Source of the DNA: Eledone cirrhosa
Lineage: Eukaryota
Length of the DNA stretch: 64,000 nt
Reading direction: 5' to 3'
Assembly: GCA_964016885.1 (NCBI GenBank)
Contig: OZ024756.1
Span: 34,348,001-34,412,000, forward strand
In this document: one piece after another, positions 29,703 through 43,048 of the stretch
Layout: each line of letters starts with the position of its first letter
Position numbering within the stretch: the stretch's first letter is position 1
Program-made: the position numbers and the translations under genes
The notes under the pieces: generated by a model
What the model was told of the DNA's origin: nothing
Databases searched by the model: none
The model's input: the letters and a program-made list of their open reading frames with translations, nothing else

Positions 29703-32700
29703 TATGAGACAAGATATACGTTCTGTTGTTGGCAATGTAGAAGCGTCGTATATTTATTTATAGCCGTACTGTACAGAATTATAACAAATGTGAACATTTT
29801 TATTTTATATATTATAAACATATATGATGATGTTCATATGAGTTGTTGCTATTTCCCAGTCGGAGTATTTCTATAAACAAATTCACTGAATACTAAATTT
29901 CCTTTACAATAAATATTTCCATTACTTTCATTTTTACTTGTTCACGCACATCTCGAGAGTCAAGTAACTATTTACGAAATTACGATTCATATAAATACAC
30001 AAATGTTTATTACAGACACACACATATGTATATCAGGATGGAGTCAGTTTGAAACTTGTTAGGTCATTGCTTACCTGAGTACTCGACACTTGGGGTAGTA
30101 GAGTACGGTTATATTATAAAAAGTCGGGACTCCCGACTCCTTATAATATATATATACAAAGAAAGAGAGAGAGAGAGAGAGAGTGAACTATTTACTATAT
30201 GTGTATGTGTTTAGTGAATTAAACACTAAGATCTAAATCGAGTATAAACATGTCTGTACTCTCATATGTATTACGATAGAAGAAAGTAATGTTAAGGCTT
30301 TGTAATAAACCGAGAAAAATGTTATAAGTTGCTGTTTAGCCCTAGGCCAGCACTGATCCAGAGACTAAAAAAGGTTGGCATCAGGAAAACAGCCGACCTT
30401 AAAACTCTGCTTTGGTATGTTCTGTCCAACCCATGCCAACTTAGAAAAGCAGACACAAAAATTACGATGGTGATAATATTTTCTCCTTTTTTTTTTTTTT
30501 TTACCTCCACAGGTATTACCACCTATAAGAAATAGTTCTGGGAGAAAAAAGAGACGGAAAGTGAAACCCTCGACTGATACAAACCCTACCCCAACCTCTA
30601 AACCTAATCAGATCCGCAGTTATGATTACGCTGCTTGGGAAAAATTGGATGTGGTAAGTAATCAGATTTTTTTTTAGCAAAACAATATTTCTTCTTCTTT
30701 GACTACTTATTCTTAAGAGGGTCGTGGGGGCAGAGTCGTCAAACACTCAGTGAGTCCTCTCAGAAGCAACCGTCTCCAACTGATTCGGCTGGATCCCCAA
30801 GCATGACAGGCCAAGCTCATGGATGTTATCCAATTATCTTGCTCAGGGTCTACCTCTGGGTCTCTTGCTGGTTGGTTTTGCCCGTAAAATCTGTCTAGGG
30901 TAGATGGAGCAATGGGTGACAACATTTCACCTTTGAAATAAACAATGTTGCCTGTGTTGAAAGGGACAAATTGGCAGAGTTATTAGAGCGTCAGATTATA
31001 TACTTTGCAACATCTGTTCTGGCTTCCTGTGTTCTAAATTTATATTCAAACAAGGTCAATTTTGCCTTTCATTTTTTTGCAAGGTTGATACAAACCATAC
31101 AAATTAGTAATTACTTGTGAAACTATCACCTTTAATTTGGCTTTTTAGTTAAGATCAAAGTGTAGTACCTTTAATTATTAGTTATTCGGTAACTGCTCAA
31201 AATAGAATTTTTTTTAATATTAAAATTCAACTTTCAATGTAGAATTATTGATATCAGTTTTACAGTGGGGTAGTAATCTGAAAACGTTTCAGAAACTCTG
31301 ATCTATAGCATTTGACAGTGAATTGGCAGAGTTGTTTGAATGTCAGATAGAATATGTTACAATATTTGTTCTGGTTCTCTGAGTTCAAATCCTGCTGAGG
31401 TAAACTTTGCTTTTCATCCTTTCGAAGTGGATAAAAAAAGTACCAGTCCAGTATTAGGGTCGATTCTTCCTCTATATCTCTTTCTCCCTTCTTCTCTATT
31501 ACTTTCTCTGTCTCTTCTTCTTTGGAGGAAATCTGCTGTGTTTAGACCTGGAGAGGATATGGATTCTGCCTGGTTTAAGAAATGCCCAAGTTACACCATA
31601 TGTCATACGGCACCCCTATGATTCCACTATGAGTTACAGGTCAGAAAAGGAAAAATATGAAAATAAAACATTGTTGTTTTTTTTATTACCCCTGTTTTCT
31701 TTTTTTTTCTGATATTCTCAGGACAAAATCTGTGAAGAAATATCTGACGAACAGTCTTCATCTTCTGAGTCTGTTACTGATGAAGAATTGGAGGAATTAC
31801 AACAGAAACAACAAGCTCTTGTGGAGAAAGACAAGGTAAGCAGCAAAATCTATTTCTTGAACATATTTTGATTTGGTTCACTGCAAAAGGTTCTCAGTTA
31901 TTTGGAGTTCAAATCAATTTGAGATCAACTTGAACAGAAGTAAATTGTATGGTATTAAAGCTGGTTTGAACAGAAAGAGGTGAGAGAATTCTGGTTGGAT
32001 ATGGCTGGTTTAAATGCTAAAGGGTTAAGGTGGTGATGATGGTAGTAGTGATTATGGTGATATTAGTGGTGGTGGTGATAATTGTGATGATGACGATATT
32101 TTCAATTTTCTATTTTACAGGGCAATGATTATTTCAAGAAAGGAGAATATATGTTGGCCATTGACCACTACAGTCAGGGTCTCCAGTGTGATCCCACTAA
32201 CCCACTCCTCGCTGCAAACAGAGCCATGGCACTCCTCAAGCAAGACAAGTAAAGTAACTGAGTTCTAGCTTTTTACTGATGTGAGGGTTTGTTTCTATGT
32301 GTGAGTGTGTTTGTGTGTGTGTAGGATGTTGTCTCTATTTGTGGGTGTATATGTGTGTGTTGATCTGTGTGCATGGATGTGTCTCAGTATGTGGGGTGGT
32401 TGTCTCTGTTTGAGGGTGTTTGTATATGTATGTGTGTGTCATAGTGAAGGGTTGTATTTGGCAAAGGTGGGGTTATGTATTGCTGTTTAGATGCAATTCA
32501 TGTGTGTATGTTTGTGGATATGTCTCTAAGTGTGGATGTTCATAGGGAGGGGTTATGTATGGTTTAGACCCAATTTGTGTCTATGTATAAATATGAGAAA
32601 TTTAGTTATATTACTAAATACTTCCAAATTCTTTATAATTTTCACAGGCAGTGTCTTTCATTATAAATACCATAACGAAAGGGTTAATTTAATTTCAGAT

Positions 32701-35700
32701 ATGCTGCTGCTGAAGAGGATTGTAACACCTGCTTAAAATTAGACCCAACCTATATCAAAGGGTATTTACGAAGAGCCACAGCCAGGACTGGGTTACACAG
32801 GTGTAAGGAAGCCCTTGATGATTATCTGCAAGTTCAAAAGTTAGATCCCAGTAACAAAGTTGCACAAAAAGAAGCAGTGAAATTACAAAAGGTTTGATAA
32901 TTACTTCTTTTTCTTCTTTTTTTAGTATTTTTAATGTCTTTTTACTTCCTTTGTTAACATCAATAACTACAATAAATATGATTTTATTTACTGGGGTTTT
33001 TTTTTCTGTAGAAAATGGCAACCATAGAGAAATGTGAATCCGAGAAGTCTATGACGAATGATGATATTCCAGAAGGAGCTCTTTTCACAGACATCTACAA
33101 ACCTCCATCAGACAGATCAAAGGTAAATTTCCTTCCTTCCTCCTCCACCTACTCATCATCATCATCATCATCAATTTTTTGTAAATCTCAGACACTTAGA
33201 TGTTAAGAGATCTGGATATTTCAGTTAGGGAGCAGTCACCAAATGTTGAAAAAGGTCCCTCACTGCATCCTCTCCTGTGCCACACATAGACAAGGCTTTC
33301 CTTAAAATCCTTGCTGTACCAAGAAGTACTGTTTTCAGCATGACCTGTAACCTTGCATCGTCGTTGTTATTATCATTGTCCCCTCCCCCCACTCTGTGTT
33401 CACATTTGGGACTTTCAACACAAATAGCCAATAAAGAAATCATTATTATTGTCGGACGCCATGCTTTCCAGCATAGTTATGTCCCTTAACGATCTGAGTT
33501 CAAATCCCGTCGAGGTTGACTTAACCTTTCATCCTTACGGGGGTCGATAAAATAAAGTACCAATAATGCACTGGGTAATTGCTGGCCTTGTGCCTAAAGT
33601 AGAAACAATTATTATTATTATCAATCTTGCTTCCAACAAGAGTGTCTCAGTTTAAGTTTTGGTAAGCCGAGTGAAGTGGAAGTTGTCTTTATAGTACTGG
33701 GGGTCGATAGAATATAGTACCAGGCAAGTACTGAGGTCAATTGAATCAACTCCACAAAATTGTTGACCTTGTGCCTAAATTAGCAATGGGTGACAACATT
33801 TCACCTTTGAAATAAACAATGTTGCCTGTGTTGAAAGGGACAAATTGGCAGAGTTGTTAGAGCGTCAGATTATATACTTTGCAACATCTGTTCTGGCTTC
33901 CTGTGTTCTAAATTTATATTCAAACAAGGTCAATTTTGCCTTTCATTTTTTTGCAAGGTTGATACAAACCATACAAATTAGTAATTACTTGTGAAACTAT
34001 CACCTTTAATTCGGCTTTTTAGTTAAGATCAAAGTGTAGTTAATTATTAGTTATTCGGTAACTGCTCAAAATAGAATTTTTTTAAATATTAAAATTCAAC
34101 TTTCAATGTATAATTATTGATATCAGTTTTACAGTGGGGTAGTAATCTGAAAACGTTTCAGAAACTCTGATCTATAGCATTTGGCAGTGAATTGGCAGAG
34201 TTGTTTGAATGTCAGATAGAATATGTTACAATATTTGTTCTGGTTCTCTGTACTCTGAGTTCAAATCCTGCTGAGGTAAACTTTGCTTTTCATCCTTTCG
34301 AAGTTGATAAAAAAAGTACCAGTCCAGTATTAGGGTCGATTCTTCCTCTATATCTCTTTCTCCCTTCTTCTCTATTACTCTTTCTGTCTCTTCTTTGGAG
34401 GAAATCTGCTGTGTTTAGACCTGGAGAGGAGATGGATTCTGCCCGGTTTAAGAAATGCCCAAGTTACACCATATGTCATACGGCACCCCTATGATTCCAC
34501 TATGAGTTACAGGTCAGAAAAGGAAAAATATGAAAATAAAACAGTTGTTTTTTTTATTACCCCTGTTTTCTTTTTTTTTCTGATATTCTCAGGACAAAAT
34601 CTGTGAAGAAATATCTGAAGAAGAGTCTTCATCTTCTGAGTCTGTTACTGATGAAGAATTGGAGGAATTACAACAGAAACAACAAGCTCTTGTGGAGAAA
34701 GACAAGGTAAGCAGCAAAATCTATTTCTTGAACATATTTTGATTTGGTTCACTGCAAAAGGTTCTCAGTTATTTGGAGTTCAAATCAATTTGAGATCAAC
34801 TTGAACAGAAGTAAATTGTATGGAATTAAAGCTGGTGTGAACAGAAAGAGGTGAGAGAATTCTGGTTGGATATGGCTGGTTTAAATGCTAAAGAGTTAAG
34901 GTGGTGATGATGGTAGAAGTGATTATGGTGATATTAGTGGTGGTGGTGATAATTGTGATGATGACGATATTTTCAATTTTCTATTTTACAGGGCAATGAT
35001 TATTTCAAGAAAGGAGAATATATGTTGGCCATTGACCACTACAGTCAGGGTCTCCAGTGTGATCCCACTAACCCACTCCTCGCTGCAAACAGAGCCATGG
35101 CACTCCTCAAGCAAGACAAGTAAAGTAACTGAGTTCTAGCTTTTTACTGATGTGAGGGTTTGTTTCTATGTGTGAGTGTGTTTGTGTGTGTGTAGGATGT
35201 TGTCTCTATTTGTGGGTGTATATGTGTGTTGATCTGTGTGCATGGATGTGTCTCAGTATGTGGGGTGGTTGTCTCTGTTTGAGGGTGTTTGTATATGTAT
35301 GTGTGTGTCATAGTGAAGGGTTGTATTTGGCAAAGGTGGGGTTATGTATTGCTGTTTAGATGCAATTCATGTGTGTATGTTTGTGGATATGTCTCTAAGT
35401 GTGGATGCTTCTATGTGTTACGGTATGTTCATAGGGAGGGGTTATGTGTTGTTTAGACCCAATTTGTGTCTATGTATAATAATGAGAAATTTAGTTATAT
35501 TACTAAATACTTCCAAATTCTTTATAATTTTCACAGGCAGTGTCTTTCATTATAAATACCATAACGAAAGGGTTAATTTAATTTCAGATATGCTGCTGCT
35601 GAAGAGGATTGTAACACCTGCCTAAAATTAGACCCAACCTATATCAAAGGGTATTTACGAAGAGCCACAGCCAGGACTGGGTTACACAGGTGTAAGGAAG

Positions 35701-38489
35701 CCCTTGATGATTATCTGCAAGTCCAAAAGTTAGATCCCAGTAACAAAGTTGCACAAAAAGAAGCAGTGAAATTACAAAAGGTTTGATAATTCTTTTTCTT
35801 CTTTTTTTAGTATTTTTAATGTCTTTTTACTTCCTTTGTTAACATCAATAACTACAATAAATATGATTTTATTTACTGGGGGGTTTTTTCCTGTAGAAAA
35901 TGGCAACCATAGAGAAATGTGATTCCAAGACGTCTATGACGAATGATGATATTCCAGAAGGAGCTCTTTTCACAGACATCTACAAACCTCCATCAGACAG
36001 ATCAAAGGTAAATTTCCTTCCTTCCTCCTCCACCTACTCATCATCATCATCATCATCATCAATTTTTTGTAAATCTCAGACACTTAGATGTTAAGAGATC
36101 TGGATATTTCAGTTAGGGAGCAGTCACCAACATGTTGACAAAGGTCCCTCACTGCATCCTCTCCTGTGCCACACATAGACAAGGCTTTCCTTAAAATCCT
36201 TGCTGTACCAAGAAGTACTGTTTTCAGCATGACCTGTAACCTTGCATCGTCGTTGTTATTATCATTGTCCCCTCCCCCCCACTCTGTGTTCACATTTGGG
36301 ACTTTCAACCCAATAGCCAATAAAGAAATCATTATTACTATTATCAAGGGCGGTGGATTGGCAGTATCGGTAGAGGGCCGGACGCCATGCTTTGACGTAT
36401 AGAGTTACGGCCCTTGCCATTCTGAGTTCAAATCCCGCCGAGGTTAACTTTGCCTTTCATCCTTATGGGGGTCGATAAAATAAAGTACCAGTAATGTACT
36501 GGGTATTTTCTGGCCTTGTGCCTAAAATAGAAACAATTATTATTTGATGTAGACCTTCACTAGTTTCCTCAGAATTCTTTGTTTCTACCTTGACATATTT
36601 TGATGTTTATTCCTGCAGAAACCATTGCGACGAATTGAAATTCAAGAGATTGGTGTTGAAGAAACTTTGAACCGTGAAGAACTGAATGCTAGAATGGAGA
36701 AGTCACGGAGCGAAGCACAACAGAGACAGATTAAAAAAGATAAACTATCTTTTCAACAATATACACAAGATGGTAGTAAAATAACTTCTCAATTGGTGGA
36801 GGAAATTCAACCGAAACCAGATGAGACAATTGAACCAAATCCAGTTAAGACAATTGTACCAAAATTGGTGGAGGAAATTCCACCAAAACCAGTTGATACA
36901 ATTGAACCAAAACCAGTTCAAACGCTTGAACAGAAACCAGTTGAGACAATTAAACAGAAACCAATTCAGACACTTCAACAGAAACCAGTTGAAGAAATTC
37001 CCTCAGATTCTACAAGACAAAGCTGCCCTACAAAGACAACATATGGAATTAAGTCAGTGGCAGCAGAAAGTTTAAAAGTTCCTTGTGATGAAAGATCTGA
37101 GAGTGTAATCAATGTAGATGATTCCAGTTTTCTGCCAGATCCAAAGAAGTTCCAATATAATTGGCCTCGAGTAAAGAAAGACTCAAACAAAATTTGCCAA
37201 TACTTAAAGGTAATTGATCATTGATTTATTGTTAATCAATATATTTGCTAAGGAACAAAATAGTTGGGTCATGTGTTAAAGGAAGATGAAAGTGACTGGG
37301 TGAGAAGAATAGAGCCAGTGATGAGATGACCGGGTTATGTGTTGAGGAAAGATGAAAGTGATTGTTTGTCAGTTAAAAATAACTGTAAATATTTCTAATT
37401 ACCAGGTTCTCACCCCAGATTCCTATCCCAGTCTTGTCAACCAGTTCATAGATGCTGAAATGATCACCAAGATCTGTGCTAATCTACCAAATACATTCCC
37501 AAAGTAAGAAAATTAATATAATCATCATGTCTTTCTATATTCTAAAGGCAATATTTGGTTGTAATCCACAGATTGATATTTCTCAGTTTCAGATAATCCC
37601 GCCTAGGTTGAAAGCAGAAATTATTTACTTAAACTTTTAACTGTGTTAATAGTAAATGTTTGCTCTGCAGGTTTATATATATTTATATATATAACCCTTA
37701 TTGAGTCCTCTCTGGACTTAGGTCTTTGTATTTATTATTATTACTTCTATATGTATATATATTTCTTCATTTACAGTAACGTTGAAGTGATCCTAAGTCA
37801 CCTGTCACACCTCTGTGAAGTGAAAAGGTTCCAGATGGCTTTAATGTTCCTCAGTTCATCAGAAAAACAAGGTAAATTATCTCCCTAATTTACCATCTTT
37901 TAGGTTTTCTGTCAGCTTAACTTTTCCTTGGTGTATTCCTTCATTATAATTTCACTACATAGGGCTCAGATATAGTTTCTGGTTAAGAGGTTTGCTTTTG
38001 TCAACCACATAGCTTGGTTGTGTTTACTATAGCCTTGGGCTGACACTTATTAATGTTCTACCAAATTACAATAGAGCTTAAAACCAAAGTAGAACAGCTG
38101 GATGCCCAACTGAGACCAGCCGAGCTTATCCAACCTTCTTGCTTGGGGTCTACCCCTGTTTCTCCTGCCAGTTGGTTTTGTCCATTAAATCTGTCCAGCG
38201 ATTCTTTCCTGTGATATTCTAACTACATTCCCATATTATCAGAGTTGTGATCTCTCAATTCAGAGAAGTAGCAGCACTACCTGGAGCGACTCTCTGATGA
38301 TCTCCTAGCTATGCACTCTATCAAGTAACTTTACTCCAAAGACCCTTCATAACGATATTGTTTAAATAATATTCATAAATGTTTCTTTCCTTTTCAGTGA
38401 TCAAAGAATTATTTGATTACTTAAAACAGCAGCCAAATTGTGAAGTTACAGAACTGCAGAGAATCAGTAAATTGTATGGTATTAAATGA
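29072..38489 (+). CDS. RPAP3: RNA polymerase II-associated protein 3 (RPAP3/Spaghetti; TPR + RPAP3_C, R2TP co-chaperone), spliced, with duplicated exons 3-6
   Basis: Exons (all GT-AG, phases consistent): 29072-29242, 30513-30653, 31722-31835, 32121-32248, 32699-32891, 33012-33122, [duplicate 34593-34706, 34992-35119, 35588-35780, 35897-36007], 36619-37209, 37406-37503, 37777-37871, 38398-38489 (TGA). Motifs: LQNQLRENQMEMQEFLKGLDNWE, LPPIRN, IRSYDYAAWEKLDV, TPR EKDKGNDYFKKGEY...NRAMALLK...AEEDC...LDPTYIKGYLRRATAR, KPLRRIEIQE, C-terminal KRFQMALMFLSSSEK...LYG. 759 aa with both copies, 577 aa with one. Confidence 0.93.
29455..29546. repeat. 92-bp spacerless palindrome in RPAP3 intron 1
   Basis: 46-bp arms with one mismatch, centre ATTAT|ATAAT, adjacent to a short (TA)n. 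Confidence 0.9.
33270..33360 (-). mobile_element. 3' tip of an R4/Dong-like (RLE) non-LTR element; duplicated at ~36150-36245
   Basis: LQVMLKTVLLGTARILRKALS resembles the LQK.VLLGTARILR.VL ORF terminus. Confidence 0.5.
36346..36540 (+). mobile_element. tRNA-derived SINE with the GCCTTTCATCCTT..GGGGTCGATAAAATAAAGTACCAG domain; more than 12 copies in the window
   Basis: Near full-length copy here. Others near 5715, 15930, 22770, 25750, 30970, 31320, 33451, 34190, 53760, 53920 (-), 55650, 60466 (-). Confidence 0.8.
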
Positions 38490-39937
38490 TAATAATAAAA
38501 ATAATAATATGGAACAAAAAAGGTATTAAGAAAATAAAATGAAACCATATATGGACATGTCTAAACTTTCCAGTTTAATTCTTCAACTATAGCTATTCAT
38601 TTATTTGTTCAATAAAAAAAAATATATTTTCTATATTTTATCAGCTGTTTTACTCTTATATTTAAACAAAGAAAGTATGTTTCGAACTTGGTGAGTGAAG
38701 TTTGAATTTGAATTAGAAATAAAAAGTTTTGCCGTAACATTTTGACTAAATTATATAGTCTAATAATGGTCCATAAAAACGCATTGAATGGAAAAAGTGG
38801 GTTTATAAACCCCATTATTTGACTATATTTTGTCAAAATGTTACAGCAAAGCTTCTATTTCTATTATATTTAACCCTATAGCATTTAAACTGGCCATATC
38901 TGGCCAGAATTCTCTCACCTCTTCATGTTCAAACTGACTGTAACCAGTTTCTCATACCTAGGGGACCTAATCAGTAGTGGTGGTGGCTGCTCTGAGAACA
39001 TAGTAACTTGAATTAGAATAGAGTGGCAAAAAGTTCAGGAAGATACTACTTACTGACAACTAAAGGTTTTTTCTATGAATGAAAGGTCGGTTGTATGATG
39101 CCTACATGTGATGTGTGATGTAGCATGGTAGTGAGAAATGGGCTGTGAATGCAGAGGATATGCAAAAACTGGAGAGAAATGGAGTGAGCTTGCTTCAATA
39201 AATGTGCAGTGTTAATATATGTGAACGATGAAACATGAATGAGCTGAGAGAAAAACTGGATATAAGAGGAATAAGATGTAGTATGCAAAACAAGGTTGCG
39301 CTGGTATGGACATGTGATGTGTATGGATGAAATCCCAAAGGAAGTTCACTGCAGCACCGGAAGACCTGAGCAAAAGTGGTGAGAGCTAATTTCAAATTGC
39401 TGAAGCTCAGAGATGACAAAGGAACACAACAAATATAGGGAAACTGTACTGAAAAAGACCCATCCAAGCATGGAAAAGTAGATGTAAAATGATGGTGTGA
39501 TGATGATAAAATATATAATCATTTGTACAAAGAGCTATTGCAACACCCTACACTACATACCCCAAAACAGAGTTGGATAGGAAAATACAAACAGACAACA
39601 CATCTATATTACACAGGATTCCCCTCAAAATAGACGATTGATTATGAAAGCTGTACTCATAACAATACAATGTTAAAATAAATAAACAAACATTTGTCAT
39701 AAATATAAGAGATATGCAACTAGTGACAAAAATCCGAGGTGTACATACTCTATAATACGAGAGTGAAGGAAACTCCAAGTGGTTGCTTGTTAAAAGCAAG
39801 TTACAGAACATAAACCATTTAAATTGTTTTTAAAAGATCTATTTTCCCTATGAATAATGTGAAGCACGAAAGCATTTTTACTTGATGGACAGACATTGAT
39901 TAATTTACAAATTTGAAATATCTCAGAAATTGAGGCT

Positions 39938-39942
39938 AAAAA
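39938..39942 (-). terminator. Pol III oligo-T terminator of tRNA-Leu
   Basis: T5 on the minus strand 8 nt downstream of the discriminator base. Confidence 0.7.
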
Positions 39943-39949
39943 GATTGCT

Positions 39950-40031
39950 TGGCAGCGATGGGATTCGAACCCACGCCTCCGAAGAGACTGGTGCCTAAAA
40001 CCAGCGCCTTAGACCACTCGGCCACGCTACC
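39950..40031 (-). tRNA. tRNA-Leu, anticodon TAG
   Basis: Reverse complement GGTAGCGTGGCCGAGTGGTCTAAGGCGCTGGTTTTAGGCACCAGTCTCTTCGGAGGCGTGGGTTCGAATCCCATCGCTGCCA, 82 nt. Acceptor stem GGTAGCG/CGCTGCC, anticodon arm CTGGT-TTTAGGC-ACCAG, long variable arm, intact A and B boxes. Confidence 0.97.
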
Positions 40032-41596
40032 TGCTGATAAAATTCGCTCTAAAAAATAGTCTAATAGTAAACTAGTCACTAGTTAAGTTCTATATAAATA
40101 GATATGTGTGTATTTATATATAAATATTTCTAGCCGTCGATAGGGTCTGTGTATATTTATTAAATCTACTAGAAACAGCAGCTAAAGCACTCATTAAAAA
40201 AGGAAAATGTATTACAAATGCAAACATATATTTATAGATTTTCAAAATATGGACGAGGGATTAAAAAAAAAATTAGTTTGTATTTGTAAATGAAATTTTC
40301 ATCCTTACAGATAAAATTTACTTAACATTTTATGTGTATAGAGAAATATTATTATTTTAAAAGCGCATGTATTACGAAAATAAAAATAAAACCAAAACAG
40401 CTTTTCTTTAATTTAGAAGTATCAATGCTTAAACGAAGCTTATTCATTTCGGTGATTAATAAAAGTTTTATTTCTCAATATCGCTAGTTTCATCTTTAAC
40501 TACGTACGCAATAAGCAAGATTAGCGATGTGCGTGTGCATCGCTAATCGGTTCCAGCGAGTATTCCAGTTGTTCAAACACCGGAACAGTCTCCTCGTGTA
40601 ACCAGTGTGTAACTGGTTGTGATTTCCAGACACATGTAAGCCTTAACGTCATTCTTAGGGAGATTCAACGTGACACAGCTGGACCTTTAAATTACAAATA
40701 CAATTCATATTTTATTTTTCAACCATGTCGACTATAGCAATGTAAAAGAAAGTGTCTTGCTCAAGGACACAACGCATAGTAGAGAATCGAACTAACGATC
40801 GTGAGTCGAACACCCTTTCCACTAAGCCATATATATATATTTATTTATTATGGCTACGTGATGAGTCCTGTTACTCTGGAGTTTCACCTGAGTATCATAG
40901 GATCAACGTTTTTTATTTCGTATTTGTATTTAATTTATATTCAGTTCTTTCCCATTAATGTTTGGTTAACTTTGAGAACGAAACTAGGATTATGCCTACG
41001 GATGTTGTATACGCACACATATTTATTTATTTATTTATTTATTTATATACTATCTCTATATATAGTTGCAAGTATAATTTATTATATGCACATACGTTTG
41101 CATAACTATATATATTATTATGTATATATACATGGATGGTTTTCAAATATTACTGCGAAGTTTCGAGTCTAGATCACGTGGTGGAAGGAGAGGTGAATCA
41201 GCCAGCAAATAGGAATGGGGGGAGAAGGTGAAACAGTAGAATGAAGAAAGAGAGTAGAGAAATGCAAGGAGGGATAGGAATAGTTAAAGGAATCAAGAAG
41301 GAGTAGGAGGAATAGAAATACTAAAAGAAGTACAGTGAGAGAAGGAAGAAGAGGAGCAATAAAAATACTAAAAGAAAAACTGGAAGGTAAGGAGAGACTG
41401 AGCAATAGAAATAGTAAAGGTAGTCGAGGAGGGGCACTAGAAATAGTAAAAGAAAGAGAGGACGTCGAGGAGAGGAGGAGCAATAGAAATAGTAAAAGAA
41501 GGGGTAAAGGGAGAGCACTAGAAGAAACTGTAAAAGATGAATGGGAGGAAGAGGCAAAAGAAATGTGAGCGAGGTGTTCAGAAGTAAACATGAGTC

Positions 41597-41703
41597 ATGG
41601 CGGATGAACTACTACCTTTGTTGGGTCACCACTTGGATGCTGTTGATTCTGAAAGCGGTACGGTCTCATATCACATTTATATCTGTATGTATTGTATTGT
41701 GTG

Positions 41704-41745
<42 letters not shown>

Positions 41746-43011
41746 GACAGATATATATTTATATAGACAGATATATATTTATGTGTGTTATAAATCCCGA
41801 TCCTTCGTTTTAAGATCACAAACAACTTTCGGTGATTTCCGTGTGTGAAATGTGATAATGTTTTTTTTTTTTTATATATAATTTTATAAACATAATCGTA
41901 ATCTGCACATTGGAAAATGTATGTCTGCGAAATATGTATTATTTAGAAAGTTATCTGGAAACAAATTCAGTCTTTATATATATATATATATAGCATGTAT
42001 TAAATATATATATATGCTTTATATCAGTTATAAAATATTTACTCGTTGTAACCCAACAATTTAAAATAAAACTTTTGCATATATATATATATATTTTCTT
42101 CCTAATGATCGTCTTTTTCTCCCTGTTTTCATATATATTATATATATATATATATACAAAACACCATAATTAGAGCTTATGTCGTCTTTATATATATATA
42201 TATATAAAGACGACACATATATAACTCAGAATTGTTTTCCGAAGTGTAGTACCTTATATCTGAATTGTTTCCTTAAAACTTTTTTAATAAAGCATATTTT
42301 GTAGAGATATAATTTTAAAGATTTCGCTTATGATGATTATATTTATGAAATTCAAAAACAAATTCGCAATTATCACTCACAGAAATTACCGGAAGTTGGC
42401 TGATATTTTTAAAACCGAGGATTACCTATTGTATGTGTTTTAGTAGTGGCAGTGTTTCGGAGGGTTGGAGGAATATAGGCTTGGAGTAGTTGTTACTGTT
42501 GTGAGTAGAGGATAAACTACACAACACAGTAAGATCCAACGAGAGGGTTTCTACGTGATCATTCAAATATTGCTAGAAATGGCAGCCAAATATTCTTCTT
42601 TAACGTCTTACAAAGGAAAAAAAGTCTACAATGTATATGCAGTCGTAGATTGCGTATTAATATGATGGTCATGGATGGAACGTATTTGCTTGATCATGTT
42701 TCTTCTGTCAAGAAGCCAAAAAACAATGGTATTATTCCCACTGAACTCAAGAGTGGGTGTTCTATAAATTTACCAAAACAATAACATCTACGTAGTCTTT
42801 ACGTGGCAGTTCTACCTGGTAGATATAGCAGCTAAATTCACTGTTGAATCACACCATACTGTCGTAAATAGGACACAGTATGTAGTCCAAGACGTCACAA
42901 AAACGTACGGGGTGGTCACATCTGGAAAGCTTTTGAACATTGGTATGTTCTTGGAGCCAAGAAGTGAGCATCTATGCCTGTCAAAAATAGCAGCGAAAAT
43001 CCCTCTACCGT

Positions 43012-43048
<37 letters not shown>

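Larger units (their letters stand above)
30908..36544 (+). repeat. ~2.87-kb tandem segmental duplication inside RPAP3 (copy 1 ~30908-33613, copy 2 ~33782-36544)
   Basis: AGCAATGGGTGACAACATTTCACC starts at 30908 and again at 33782. Introns, SINE fragments and four exons are near-identical, with scattered substitutions and small indels. Confidence 0.95.

Noticed and set aside
41335-41568. Glu/Arg/Lys-rich ORF upstream of CRBN
   Set aside because: Purine-rich degenerate tandem repeat; it stops before the CRBN ATG and probably belongs to the promoter or 5' UTR.
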